DNA of 32,000 nt from Candidatus Nanobsidianus stetteri (GTDB lineage: Archaea > Nanobdellota > Nanobdellia > Nanobdellales > Nanobdellaceae). The notes below the pieces were generated by a model. The model was given only the letters and a program-made list of their open reading frames with translations. It was not told the DNA's origin and did no database searches. The stretch lies in the NCBI RefSeq assembly GCF_003086415.1, contig NZ_QEFP02000004.1, positions 1 to 32,000 of the forward strand, in the 5' to 3' direction. Below, in pieces: positions 7,668 through 17,071 of the stretch. Position 1 is the first letter of the stretch, and each line of letters starts with the position of its first letter. A program made the translations under genes and the position numbers.

Positions 7668-8827
7668 TATTTATATTCTTTTTCTACTTTTATATTTTTA
7701 GATAATAATAATCTCTTTATATTTTCTATATCATTCTCTATTATTTTTATTTTTTCTATTTCATTTATTATATATTCAAAGTTGGTCAAATCAATAAAAT
7801 TCTCTATTTTCTTTATTTTATTCATTAAATTTTCATAATCTGATAATACAGATTCCAATATATCTTTAGAATCATATAATTCTACTTTTATCTTTCTAAT
7901 TTCTTCTTTAATATTATTTAGACCTTCCTCCAATTTGTTATATTTTTCATTAAGCTCTTCTATTTTATCTATATCATTTACTTTTGATCTTAAATCTACA
8001 ACCAAATTATTTAATTCTTCAAATAATGCATATATACTATTTAATCTATTTTCGAAATTTACATATTTGTTATATAATTCTTCATAAGCCTTAAATTGTT
8101 TTATATTTTTAATATCATCGTTTGTTAATTGTAATAAGTAATTCATATTACTTATTTTATTATTAATTTCAGAATATTTTTCTTCATATTTCTTTTCTAT
8201 CTCTTCCAATTTACTATTAACATTATATAGATCTTTTTCCCTTATCTCGCTTATCATTTCAGATATTTTATTGTACTGTAATAGATCTTTAGATAAATTA
8301 TCTAGTGTTTTGGATAATAAATTTGTTAAATTATCTACTTTTAGTTTTAAATCATTAAAATCATTAATATTTTTATACGAATCTTCTATTTTATTTAACT
8401 TATCAGTTAAATCTTCTATTTTATTTCTTAAATCTTTTACGCTATTTATAACATCTTCATATTTTGTTATTTTATTACTTAAAGAATTTATATCGAGCTC
8501 TAATTTATTTATCTTTGATTTTACATTTACTATAGCAGAATAATCAACAAAATTTTTCTGATTATTTTCTAATACATCTACTCTTAGTTTTAAATCGTTT
8601 AAATATCTTACTTTATCCAATAAATCTTCATTTAATATTTCCTTATAATTATTTAATATTTTTTCTACATTTTCTAATTCTTCTTTCAAAGCTTTTAATT
8701 GATTATTGAATTCTTCCCTACTTACAAAATTATTCAAGTTTCTTTTTATTTCTAATATCTTATTGTTAAAATTTTTTACATATGAAAAAAATTCATCTAT
8801 TATATCTACATTTTTATTTAAATCCAT
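7664..8827 (-). CDS. Long coiled-coil protein (387 aa), function unknown
   Basis: Heptad-like N/K/E/L/I sequence runs throughout, with no TM segment and no Walker motifs. It has internal repeats (NDLKLRVDVLEN / NDLKLKVDNLTN; NKIEDLTDKLNKIEDS) that are also visible as DNA repeats. Confidence 0.6.
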   Translation of the reverse strand: MDLNKNVDIIDEFFSYVKNFNNKILEIKRNLNNFVSREEFNNQLKALKEELENVEKILNNYKEILNEDLLDKVRYLNDLKLRVDVLENNQKNFVDYSAIVNVKSKINKLELDINSLSNKITKYEDVINSVKDLRNKIEDLTDKLNKIEDSYKNINDFNDLKLKVDNLTNLLSKTLDNLSKDLLQYNKISEMISEIREKDLYNVNSKLEEIEKKYEEKYSEINNKISNMNYLLQLTNDDIKNIKQFKAYEELYNKYVNFENRLNSIYALFEELNNLVVDLRSKVNDIDKIEELNEKYNKLEEGLNNIKEEIRKIKVELYDSKDILESVLSDYENLMNKIKKIENFIDLTNFEYIINEIEKIKIIENDIENIKRLLLSKNIKVEKEYKY

Positions 8828-8858
8828 AAACTATTATTTATAATAAATTTTATTAAAC

Positions 8859-9179
8859 TTACCAAATACTTTTTAATAATTCCTTTCTTATGTCATCAAT
8901 TTCTTTCTTTATCATATCATATTTTAATTCTAAATTATATAACCTCTTTTTAATATCATCTATGTCTTTGAGTTTTAAGTTTATTTCTAATAAAATTATT
9001 TTTAATTCATCCAATAATTTATTGTATTCATTATTTTTATCAAAAATATTTTTTAATTTTAAATATTTATCATAAATCTCTTCTTTTATTTTTTTATTTT
9101 TTTCCAATTCTTCTTTTAAATTCTTAATTTTATTTTCTAGATCTTCTATAATTTTTTCATATTCGCTTATTTCATCCAT
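8859..9179 (-). CDS. Small coiled-coil protein (106 aa), translationally coupled to PolB
   Basis: Its ATG at 9179..9177 lies within AATGGATGA, where the PolB frame reads AAT GGA TGA (an 8-nt overlap). The sequence is entirely heptad-like (IEDLENKIKNLKEELEKNKKIKEEI...). Confidence 0.55.
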   Translation of the reverse strand: MDEISEYEKIIEDLENKIKNLKEELEKNKKIKEEIYDKYLKLKNIFDKNNEYNKLLDELKIILLEINLKLKDIDDIKKRLYNLELKYDMIKKEIDDIRKELLKSIW

Positions 9180-11592
9180 TTTTAAAAAATGATAATATAT
9201 CTTTTTGAGCTTTTCCTATATTTTCTATAGATATATTTAATGCCCTTAGTATTGGTTCTATAGCCGGTAAGACTTGTTTATATATATAATATTCGGGATC
9301 ATATTCATTATCTTTAACTTCATCTAATATCCTAACTTTATCAGAAATTTTTTCCCCACCTTTTGCTATAATATATTCGACTATAAATCCTCTTCTAACA
9401 TCATAGCCCCTTTCCTTATATTTTTTTGCTGCTATAATATGAGGAGCAGTAACTTCATATTCTGATGGATCTTTTCTTAATTGTTCTCTTAATATAAATT
9501 TCTCTTTGGGATAAACATGATATCTTATATTTTTAATAACTTCAGACAAATAATTATTTATTTCTTTTATTTTTCCTTCTAATGCTAATTTAATTACCTT
9601 TTCCTGAACCTCTCCAGCAATTTCTGACCAATCCCTTCTAACAACTTCAAAACCTCTCAATTTAATATTTCCATTTTCAGATAATAATGCATATTTTTTT
9701 CTAGCACCACCTTCTCCAGATCTTTTTTCTACAAATATTCCTGATATATAATAATCTTCAAATTCCATTTCCAATGGTTTTGGTAAAATATTATTTATTT
9801 TATTTAATAAATTTAGAGCATTTTCTTTATTATCTACAATAACAAATATAGAATCTGTATCTCCATATAATATTTTATATCCATTTTTTTCAATAAAATC
9901 TTTTACTTCTAATATATGTTTTCTACCTAGAGCAGTTACTGAAGCTGCACATTCTAAACAATACCATCTAGAATTTGGAAATCCCAAATAACCATATGTA
10001 GAATTTATTATATATTTTAATGCTGTTTGCCTACTATCAATTATTTTATATTCTTCAGAATTCTTATCTAAACCTTTTAAAGCTTTCTTTAAATTTGCCC
10101 TTTCTTCAAACACTTTTTCTAATACTGTAGATATAAATCCTTTTTTCTTTTTACAATACCATACTTCAGATTTTCCTAGACTTGTTTCAATATTTATTTT
10201 ATCCTTCATACATTCTTCATGTTCACATTTCAATGTATCTGGAGAAATATTATATCTAATTATTATTGATGGATATAGAGATCTAAAATCAAAAACCGCA
10301 ATATTTTTATACAAACCCGGTTTTGGTTCTAGTACAATAGCACCAGTGTATGTTACTCTTTTTCTATTATTTACTTCATTTGGATCCGGTCTGTTTGGTA
10401 TTATTTCATTAAATTCTTTTGCCCTTTTTATTAGATAATTTTCTACAAGAATTCCATATGTACTTCCTGATAATTCATATAAAGTAATTCCAACCAATCT
10501 CGCCAATTCTAATAAAATTCCTTCAAAATGTTTATATAATCTATAAGTTAATTCTACATCTTTTCTATTATATTCTATTAGATAATTGAAATCTTTTTTA
10601 TTATAAATTATATCTGACATTTTATCCAAATTCATGTCCAATTTTCCTTCTCCCAATATTTCCATAGCAACTTCATCTAAAGAATATGTTTCAGAATTTA
10701 ACTGAGGTGCAAATATTGTTGTAACAATATCATATAAATCTACATTTTGTATTCCAACTATTCTATATTTTTTATCTTCTTCTCTTTTTTTAGTATATAT
10801 TATTCCTTTTCCATCCCATCCAAAATCAAAATTAAATCCCAATCTTTTTGCTTTCTCATATAAAAAATATAAATCAAAATTATTAGAATTATATCCAACA
10901 ATTACATCTGGATCTAAACTTTTAACTATTTCATTAAATTTTTTTAATAATTCTAATTCACTATTTACTTTTATTCCATCATTTGCTTCTCCTCCCCAAT
11001 ATATTGAATAATATTTTTGCCCATCATATATTGAGATAATATAAATATTTGCCTTTTCTGGTGATATTATGGATTTATTAGAAGCTGTTTCTATATCAAA
11101 TGCTATAACCTTTAATTTATATTTATTTTCAACAATTCCGTTATTTTTCTTTAATTTGTAATAATCTATATTATCTCCTTTCTTTATTAATTCTAATTCC
11201 AAATCATATGTATATAACGGATATATATCATTATCTATTTGAAACTTTTTTATTATACTAATATCCCCCTCTTTTTTTCCAATTATTTTTCCTTCCTCCT
11301 TCAATTTATCAGCAAAGTTTTTTATTTTATCATAATCATCCTGATTCAAATAAACTTTTATTACATTATATTCTTTTCCTATAAAATTTTTCTTTGAAAT
11401 TTCAAAATTTTTTACATATTTTTCATCTTTCAATTTATTCTTTATTTCTTCTAAATATTTTTCGTCCTTTAATATTAAATATACATAAAATGGTTGATCA
11501 TATTCTATTCTTACTTTTTTTCCATTTTCATCCCTCCCATAAATATAAATTTTTTCTTTATCATGATCAAAATCTAATACAAATATTTTCAT
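9172..11592 (-). CDS. polB: Family B DNA polymerase (contiguous, no intein)
   Basis: 806 aa. Exonuclease motifs are present (AFDIETA; YNSNNFDLYFL; YNRKDVELTY) along with polymerase motifs A DFRSLYPSII, B KYIINSTYGYLG and C YGDTDS. The C-terminus QKDILSFF is a canonical PIP box (QxxIxxFF). Confidence 0.95.
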   Translation of the reverse strand: MKIFVLDFDHDKEKIYIYGRDENGKKVRIEYDQPFYVYLILKDEKYLEEIKNKLKDEKYVKNFEISKKNFIGKEYNVIKVYLNQDDYDKIKNFADKLKEEGKIIGKKEGDISIIKKFQIDNDIYPLYTYDLELELIKKGDNIDYYKLKKNNGIVENKYKLKVIAFDIETASNKSIISPEKANIYIISIYDGQKYYSIYWGGEANDGIKVNSELELLKKFNEIVKSLDPDVIVGYNSNNFDLYFLYEKAKRLGFNFDFGWDGKGIIYTKKREEDKKYRIVGIQNVDLYDIVTTIFAPQLNSETYSLDEVAMEILGEGKLDMNLDKMSDIIYNKKDFNYLIEYNRKDVELTYRLYKHFEGILLELARLVGITLYELSGSTYGILVENYLIKRAKEFNEIIPNRPDPNEVNNRKRVTYTGAIVLEPKPGLYKNIAVFDFRSLYPSIIIRYNISPDTLKCEHEECMKDKINIETSLGKSEVWYCKKKKGFISTVLEKVFEERANLKKALKGLDKNSEEYKIIDSRQTALKYIINSTYGYLGFPNSRWYCLECAASVTALGRKHILEVKDFIEKNGYKILYGDTDSIFVIVDNKENALNLLNKINNILPKPLEMEFEDYYISGIFVEKRSGEGGARKKYALLSENGNIKLRGFEVVRRDWSEIAGEVQEKVIKLALEGKIKEINNYLSEVIKNIRYHVYPKEKFILREQLRKDPSEYEVTAPHIIAAKKYKERGYDVRRGFIVEYIIAKGGEKISDKVRILDEVKDNEYDPEYYIYKQVLPAIEPILRALNISIENIGKAQKDILSFFKNG

Positions 11593-11622
11593 AAAAAATT
11601 ATTGTAAAATATTAATTAAAGT

Positions 11623-13065
11623 TTAACCTTTTATAACTGCTATTGGTCTTAATCTTACAACCATTTTAGATATACCCAATTCATCAGTTACTTTTACAAC
11701 TTCATCAACATTTTTATAAGCTTCAGGTACTTCTTCAACTACACCTTCTTTTGTTGTAGATTTTACATATATTCCCCTTTCTTCTAAATTTTTAATTACT
11801 TCATTATAATTAAATGATCTTCTCGCAGCAGCTCTTGACATATTTCTTCCTGCACCATGTGCTGAGGATCCAAAAGATAATTCCATAGATTTTTCAGATC
11901 CTATTAATACATATGATGCAGTTCCCATTGAACCTGGGATTAATACTGGTTGTCCAATACTTCTATAATCTTCAACCAATTCTTCTGAACCTGGCGGAAA
12001 TGCTCTAGTAGCACCTTTTCTATGAACAACTAATTTTTTCTTTTTACCATCAACCTTATGTTCTTCAATTTTTGCAATATTATGGGCAACATCATATATA
12101 ACATTTAATCCAATATCCTCTACTGGATGATTATATACTTTTTGGAAAGATTTTCTGATAAAATATGTTATTATTTGTCTATTATTCCATGCAAAATTTG
12201 CTGCAGCACTCATTGACTTCCAATAATTATTTCCATCTTCGGATTGAAATGGTAAATATACTAATTCTTTATCTGGTAATTTATTTATTTCTTCTCTATA
12301 TTTTTTCAATCCTAGATCTATATAATCTGATGCAATTTGATGTCCAAAACCTCTAGAACCTGTATGAATTAATATTGTTACCTGCCCTTCTTCATATATT
12401 CCCAATTTATTTGCTATATCTTTATCAAATATTTTATCAACTATCTGTATTTCTATAAAATGATTTCCGGATCCTATAGTTCCCAATTGATCTATTCCTC
12501 TTCTAATTGCTAAATCTGATACATGTTCTATCGAAGCATCTTTTAATCTACCATAAGATTCTACATGCTCTAAATCCTCTTTCCATGCATAACCTTCTCT
12601 ATAACTCCATTCTAAACCTTCTTCTACTACATCTTTAAATTGTCCTGGAGATAAAACAATTTTTCCAGTTTCTCCAACTCCAGCAGGTACATTTCTAAAT
12701 ATTTCATTAACAATTTCCTTTAATTTTGGTTTTATCTCTTCATATTTTAAATTTGTTCTTAATAACCTTACCCCACAATTTATATCATATCCTATCCCAC
12801 CTGGAGATATTATTCCTTCATTTATATCAAATGCTGCAACTCCTCCAACTGGAAATCCGTAACCTTCATGACCATCTGGCATTACAATAGAATATTTTTG
12901 TATTCCTGGTAAACTAGCAACATTTTTTCCCTGTATTAATGTTTTATCTTCTCTCATCTTCTCTATTAACTTATCATTTGCATATACTCTAACTGGAACA
13001 TTCATTCCTTTTTCTTGTGGTATTTCATATATATTTTCAGATATTTTTCTTAACTTTATATCCAT
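11623..13065 (-). CDS. rtcB: RNA-splicing ligase RtcB
   Basis: 480 aa with RtcB signatures GGIGYDINCGVRLL, GSGNHFIEIQ, HTGSRGFGHQ, GSMGTASY and SSAHGAGR. Confidence 0.95.
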   Translation of the reverse strand: MDIKLRKISENIYEIPQEKGMNVPVRVYANDKLIEKMREDKTLIQGKNVASLPGIQKYSIVMPDGHEGYGFPVGGVAAFDINEGIISPGGIGYDINCGVRLLRTNLKYEEIKPKLKEIVNEIFRNVPAGVGETGKIVLSPGQFKDVVEEGLEWSYREGYAWKEDLEHVESYGRLKDASIEHVSDLAIRRGIDQLGTIGSGNHFIEIQIVDKIFDKDIANKLGIYEEGQVTILIHTGSRGFGHQIASDYIDLGLKKYREEINKLPDKELVYLPFQSEDGNNYWKSMSAAANFAWNNRQIITYFIRKSFQKVYNHPVEDIGLNVIYDVAHNIAKIEEHKVDGKKKKLVVHRKGATRAFPPGSEELVEDYRSIGQPVLIPGSMGTASYVLIGSEKSMELSFGSSAHGAGRNMSRAAARRSFNYNEVIKNLEERGIYVKSTTKEGVVEEVPEAYKNVDEVVKVTDELGISKMVVRLRPIAVIKG

Positions 13066-13071
13066 AAAATA

Positions 13072-14241
13072 TTATTGATTATAATTCTTTAAAACATGAT
13101 TTAAGAAAAAGAAAGAAATTCCTAAAATGATAAATGACAAAAACAATCCATATTGAACTGAAATATAATAAAGTAATAAAGATCCTATTGTACCACCCAA
13201 ATTTCTAAATAAATATATATTTCCAAATTTTTGTGGATAATTTAATATTATATAATTATCAAAGAAATATTGAAACATTGTCCATGAAAATGCGGCTAAT
13301 ATAAATAATATTAATAGTATTATAGCATTATATATTTTTGATAAAGATAATATTAGGGACAATAATATTATGATACCTATTAAAAATCTAGAAAGTATTC
13401 CTATTTTTATTTTTCTAAAATCAATTTCCCTTTTATATATCTTATATAATATTGATGTATATAATCCATTTATAAATAATAAAAATGGAAAAATTATAGA
13501 TAAAGAAAATATATTTACGGAATAAACTAAAGATGTCCAGACTAATGAAAATCCAATCAAGACAAATAAATTATATAATTCTAAATATCCTATTCTCAAC
13601 TTTTTTATATTCAGTGGAAATATTAAACCTTCAAATATAGGATATAGAGCCCCAAATCTATCTATATTATTTTCTGCAACTGAAAACATTTTATCAATTT
13701 TTTCCAATAAATTTAATTCATATGCTGATGAGAATAAGAATAAATATAATTTCCTATACATTATAACTATTATGGACAATAATAAAATAATGGAAACTAT
13801 ATATATGTTATAAATTATGGAAAGAAAAAGAAGAGAAATTTGTGGTATTATTTCTCCAAAAGTCCAATAAATATTAAAATGAAAATTTAAACTCACATCC
13901 TTATAATATAATAAAAATGAAAAGTATGTAGATGAATATGTAATAGTAAATAATAAAAATGATAATATTAATAGATAAATATTTGGATAAAATAATAATA
14001 TAGAAGATAAAAGAGGTCCTATTACGCCAATCATAGCAATATTAATATAATTTTTCTCATTTATTTTAATATTTCCAAATATTGCAGAACTTATTATTGA
14101 TCCTATATAAGATATAGCAACTAAAGAATAATATACACTAGATGAAAAATTAAAATAATATGGATAAACAAAAAATAAACTATTTAACATTCCTCCAACT
14201 AAATTATTACTAATTATAATAATTTTTTCTTTATAGTTCAT
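13072..14241 (-). CDS. Polytopic membrane protein (possibly MFS-like transporter)
   Basis: 389 aa with roughly 10-12 hydrophobic segments. The resemblance to MFS topology is only loose and I found no clean signature motif. Confidence 0.4.
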   Translation of the reverse strand: MNYKEKIIIISNNLVGGMLNSLFFVYPYYFNFSSSVYYSLVAISYIGSIISSAIFGNIKINEKNYINIAMIGVIGPLLSSILLFYPNIYLLILSFLLFTITYSSTYFSFLLYYKDVSLNFHFNIYWTFGEIIPQISLLFLSIIYNIYIVSIILLLSIIVIMYRKLYLFLFSSAYELNLLEKIDKMFSVAENNIDRFGALYPIFEGLIFPLNIKKLRIGYLELYNLFVLIGFSLVWTSLVYSVNIFSLSIIFPFLLFINGLYTSILYKIYKREIDFRKIKIGILSRFLIGIIILLSLILSLSKIYNAIILLILFILAAFSWTMFQYFFDNYIILNYPQKFGNIYLFRNLGGTIGSLLLYYISVQYGLFLSFIILGISFFFLNHVLKNYNQ

Positions 14242-14858
14242 TTTATTATTTCTCTAATTTTTTCTTTTAATATATCTCCTAATGCTATACCTATAGCAAT
14301 TGAAATAGATATAACTATTCCGCCAAAAAGTATTATGAACATATAGAGAAGAACTGGAGATAGTATATTTAAATAACTAAGCGTTAACACTAATATAAAA
14401 AATAAAACAATAAATCTTATTGAACCTAATATAAAGTTTACATACTTAAAATTCTGGATTGCTGGATATAAAAAAGATCTCAATATAAATTCCATCATTG
14501 CATACGAAATTATTATTACTATTATTATTATTAGTAAACTGTTTAATATATTAAAAATAATAGTTCCTATATTACTAACATACGGAATTATATAAAATGA
14601 AAATCCAATAAAATAAAAGTATATAAAGAACTTAGTTATATTTACTATTAGATCTGTAAGAGAATATGTTGTCATTATTTGTTTATCATGCAACCATCTA
14701 TCGAGACCAAGAACTTTTTTCAATATTATTTTAAGTATTAATGCTATAAGTTTTCCTATAAAGTATCCAATTATTATAATAGAAATAGAAATTAATATTA
14801 TTTTTAATATATTATAGTTAAATATTTGAAGTATTTGATTGGTAATATTTTCCAGCAT
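14238..14858 (-). CDS. Membrane protein with TM-helix repeats (MscS-N-terminal-like), function unknown
   Basis: 206 aa with several TM segments. The pattern GYFIGKLIALILKIILKKVLGLDRWL and the C-terminal GIALGDILKEKIREI resemble the conserved TM helix repeat. Its stop overlaps the downstream start (ATGA at 14238-14241). Confidence 0.4.
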   Translation of the reverse strand: MLENITNQILQIFNYNILKIILISISIIIIGYFIGKLIALILKIILKKVLGLDRWLHDKQIMTTYSLTDLIVNITKFFIYFYFIGFSFYIIPYVSNIGTIIFNILNSLLIIIIVIIISYAMMEFILRSFLYPAIQNFKYVNFILGSIRFIVLFFILVLTLSYLNILSPVLLYMFIILFGGIVISISIAIGIALGDILKEKIREIIK

Positions 14859-14986
14859 AATATTATCTAAAAAAATGGTAATTTATAAATTCATAGTCCT
14901 ATTAAAATTGATATAACTTTTAAATAGTAAAATAATTTTACTGCTAGAGAGATCTTCAAAATATTTTTATGTTACCTAAATTTAGA

Positions 14987-15059
14987 TAGCCCCGCGGGGA
15001 TTCGAACCCCGGTCTCAGGGACCAAAACCCTGAATCCTAGACCACTAGACGACGGGGCT
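14987..15059 (-). tRNA. tRNA-Gln (anticodon UUG)
   Basis: The reverse complement AGCCCCGTCGTCTAGTGGTCTAGGATTCAGGGTTTTGGTCCCTGAGACCGGGGTTCGAATCCCCGCGGGGCTA folds as a cloverleaf. The acceptor is AGCCCCG/CGGGGCT. The anticodon stem CAGGG/CCCTG has loop TT-TTG-GT. The T arm is CGGGG-TTCGAAT-CCCCG. CCA is not encoded. Confidence 0.9.
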
Positions 15060-15071
15060 ATATAGCATATC

Positions 15072-16130
15072 ATGTTCTTTAAATTTAATAATATTTTTAT
15101 TAAACAATTTTATATGAATGATACTGAAATGCTTAATTTTTTTAAATTAAAAGATAATCCTTTTAAATTAGAGGTAATTCTAGAAACTTTTGTTGGATAT
15201 AATTTAGAAAGAACAAAATTATTAAATTCTATAAATAATAAAGAAAAAATTATTTTAGTTTCAGGTCCTACTGGAGCAGGAAAAACAACATTATTATTAT
15301 GGATATATAATAATCTTAAAACAAAGAATAAAGTATATATTTATAGACCCTTTGAAAAAATGGAAGAATTTGAAAAATATTTTATTGATAAATTATCTTT
15401 CTTTGAAAGAATAATATATAAATTTAAGAAATTCAACATAGTAGAATATTTAAATAAGAAAAATCTAATAATATTTTTAGATGAAGCCACATTTTGCGAT
15501 GATAATATCTTAGAATGGATAAAAGTAATATCGGATCAAACAAATTGTACATTTATATTAGCTGGCTTGCCAGAACTTGAAGAAAGATTATTAAAACAAC
15601 ATAGGACATTATATGAAAGAATTGTAACAAAAATATATTTAAAATCTCTTGACCCTGAAAGCGGTAAATTATTAATTAAAAAAAGGTTAGAACTTGCAGG
15701 TAATCCAAATTTATTTACAGAAGATGCAATAGAAGAAATATACAATTTATCAGGTGGCTTACCAAGGGAAATATTAAAATATTCTTATGAAGCATTATTA
15801 ATTGCATATAGAGAAAAGAAAAATATTATTGATAAAGATATTGTAGAAAAGATATATGAAGCAAAGAAACCACCAACAGATTTATTAAAATTAACAGAAA
15901 AACAAAGATACATAGTAGAATTAATAACAAAATATGGTCCAAAAACAGTTAATGAATTATTAAAATTGTTTAAAGAAAGATATTCGGACACAACAATTCA
16001 TGCAATATCAAATATATTAAAAAGAATGACTGAAAGTAAAATATTAATTAGGACAAAAGTAAAGGGTAAATTTGTATATGATGTTGTACCTGCAATAAAG
16101 GATTATTTCATAAGAGAAATAAATAAATGA
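15072..16130 (+). CDS. AAA+ ATPase (AAA_22/ExeA- and ORC-like) with C-terminal winged-helix domain
   Basis: Walker A is VSGPTGAGKTTLL and Walker B is IIFLDEATF. An ExeA-like N-terminal FFKLKDNPF and GGLPREILKY are present. The C-terminal wHTH-like segment is LTEKQRYIVELITKYGPKTVNELL...ILKRMTESKILIR. The true start may be the ATG at 15114, because 15072 lies only 12 nt from the divergent tRNA-Gln. Confidence 0.65.
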   Translation: MFFKFNNIFIKQFYMNDTEMLNFFKLKDNPFKLEVILETFVGYNLERTKLLNSINNKEKIILVSGPTGAGKTTLLLWIYNNLKTKNKVYIYRPFEKMEEFEKYFIDKLSFFERIIYKFKKFNIVEYLNKKNLIIFLDEATFCDDNILEWIKVISDQTNCTFILAGLPELEERLLKQHRTLYERIVTKIYLKSLDPESGKLLIKKRLELAGNPNLFTEDAIEEIYNLSGGLPREILKYSYEALLIAYREKKNIIDKDIVEKIYEAKKPPTDLLKLTEKQRYIVELITKYGPKTVNELLKLFKERYSDTTIHAISNILKRMTESKILIRTKVKGKFVYDVVPAIKDYFIREINK

Positions 16131-17047
16131 AGTGTAGTTTTTGTAATAATAATGCAATATATAAAGATATTGATGGAAATTATTATTGTAAAGATCATTT
16201 TATAAAATATTTTGAAGAAAAAACAATAAATACAATTGAAAAGTATAAATTGATAAAACCTGGAGAAAGAATTGGCGTTGGAGTTTCTGGAGGAAAAGAT
16301 TCAAATGCATTGTTGTTTTTCTTAAATAAATATAAAGAATATTTTAATATTGAAGTTTTTGGAATTCATATTGATGAAGGAATAAAAGGTTATAGAGATA
16401 AGGATACAGAAAAGTTATTGGAAATTTCAAAAAAATATAATTTAAATGTAAAAATATATAGATTCACAGAATATTTTAATATTAGATTAGATGAAGCAGT
16501 AAAAATATCAAAAGAATATAAATCATGTACAATTTGTGGTGTATGGAGGAGATGGTTAATGTGGAAAGCTGCAAAAGATTTGAATTTGGATAAATTTGCA
16601 ACTGCACATAATTTAAATGATGAAGTTCAAACAATTCTAATGAATATTTTTGAAGGAAATTTAAAAGATTTATTAAAAGAAGGACCATATGTAGGAATAG
16701 TTGAAGGAGATTTTATTCCTAGAATTAAACCTTTCTATTTCAATACAGAAAAAGAAAATCTACTATATTCAATATTGAATAATTTAGAACCACCTTTTGG
16801 AGAATGTCCCTTTATTGTTGGAGAATTTAGGGATATAATTAGATCAAAATTATATAAGTTAGAAGATAAATATCCTGGATTTCATAGAAATTTCTTAAGA
16901 AATATTTTAGAAATAATATATAAAGCTAAAATCGATTATAAAATGAAGAATAATATAAAATTAAGAAAATGTAAAATTTGTGGATACCCAACTACTAGAG
17001 AAATATGTAGAGCTTGTGAAATAAAGTTAAAAATAAACAATATTTAA
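16127..17047 (+). CDS. PP-loop ATPase, TtuA/Ncs6-type tRNA 2-thiolation enzyme
   Basis: The N-terminal zinc finger is CSFC...CKDH and the PP-loop is GVSGGKDS. Fe-S type cysteines are SCTICG ... GECPF and the C-terminal zinc finger is CKICG...CRAC. Its start overlaps the upstream stop (ATGA at 16127-16130). Confidence 0.75.
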   Translation: MKCSFCNNNAIYKDIDGNYYCKDHFIKYFEEKTINTIEKYKLIKPGERIGVGVSGGKDSNALLFFLNKYKEYFNIEVFGIHIDEGIKGYRDKDTEKLLEISKKYNLNVKIYRFTEYFNIRLDEAVKISKEYKSCTICGVWRRWLMWKAAKDLNLDKFATAHNLNDEVQTILMNIFEGNLKDLLKEGPYVGIVEGDFIPRIKPFYFNTEKENLLYSILNNLEPPFGECPFIVGEFRDIIRSKLYKLEDKYPGFHRNFLRNILEIIYKAKIDYKMKNNIKLRKCKICGYPTTREICRACEIKLKINNI

Positions 17048-17071
17048 AAATATTTAATTATTTTTATATCC

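Noticed and set aside
14859-15071. Possible replication origin in the spacer next to the ORC-like AAA+/wHTH gene.
   Set aside because: Apart from tRNA-Gln, the spacer shows no repeated ORB or mini-ORB-like elements or inverted repeats flanking an unwinding element. A+T richness is not informative in this genome. It is left as something to test by skew or marker-frequency analysis only.
15072-17047. ATPase plus PP-loop gene pair considered as a Qat-like (QueC-associated) defence system.
   Set aside because: The PP-loop protein has the N- and C-terminal zinc fingers and the CxxC...C Fe-S pattern of TtuA/Ncs6 tRNA thiolases, not QueC. No TatD-like nuclease or other defence-type partner is present. 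There is no mobile or accessory context.
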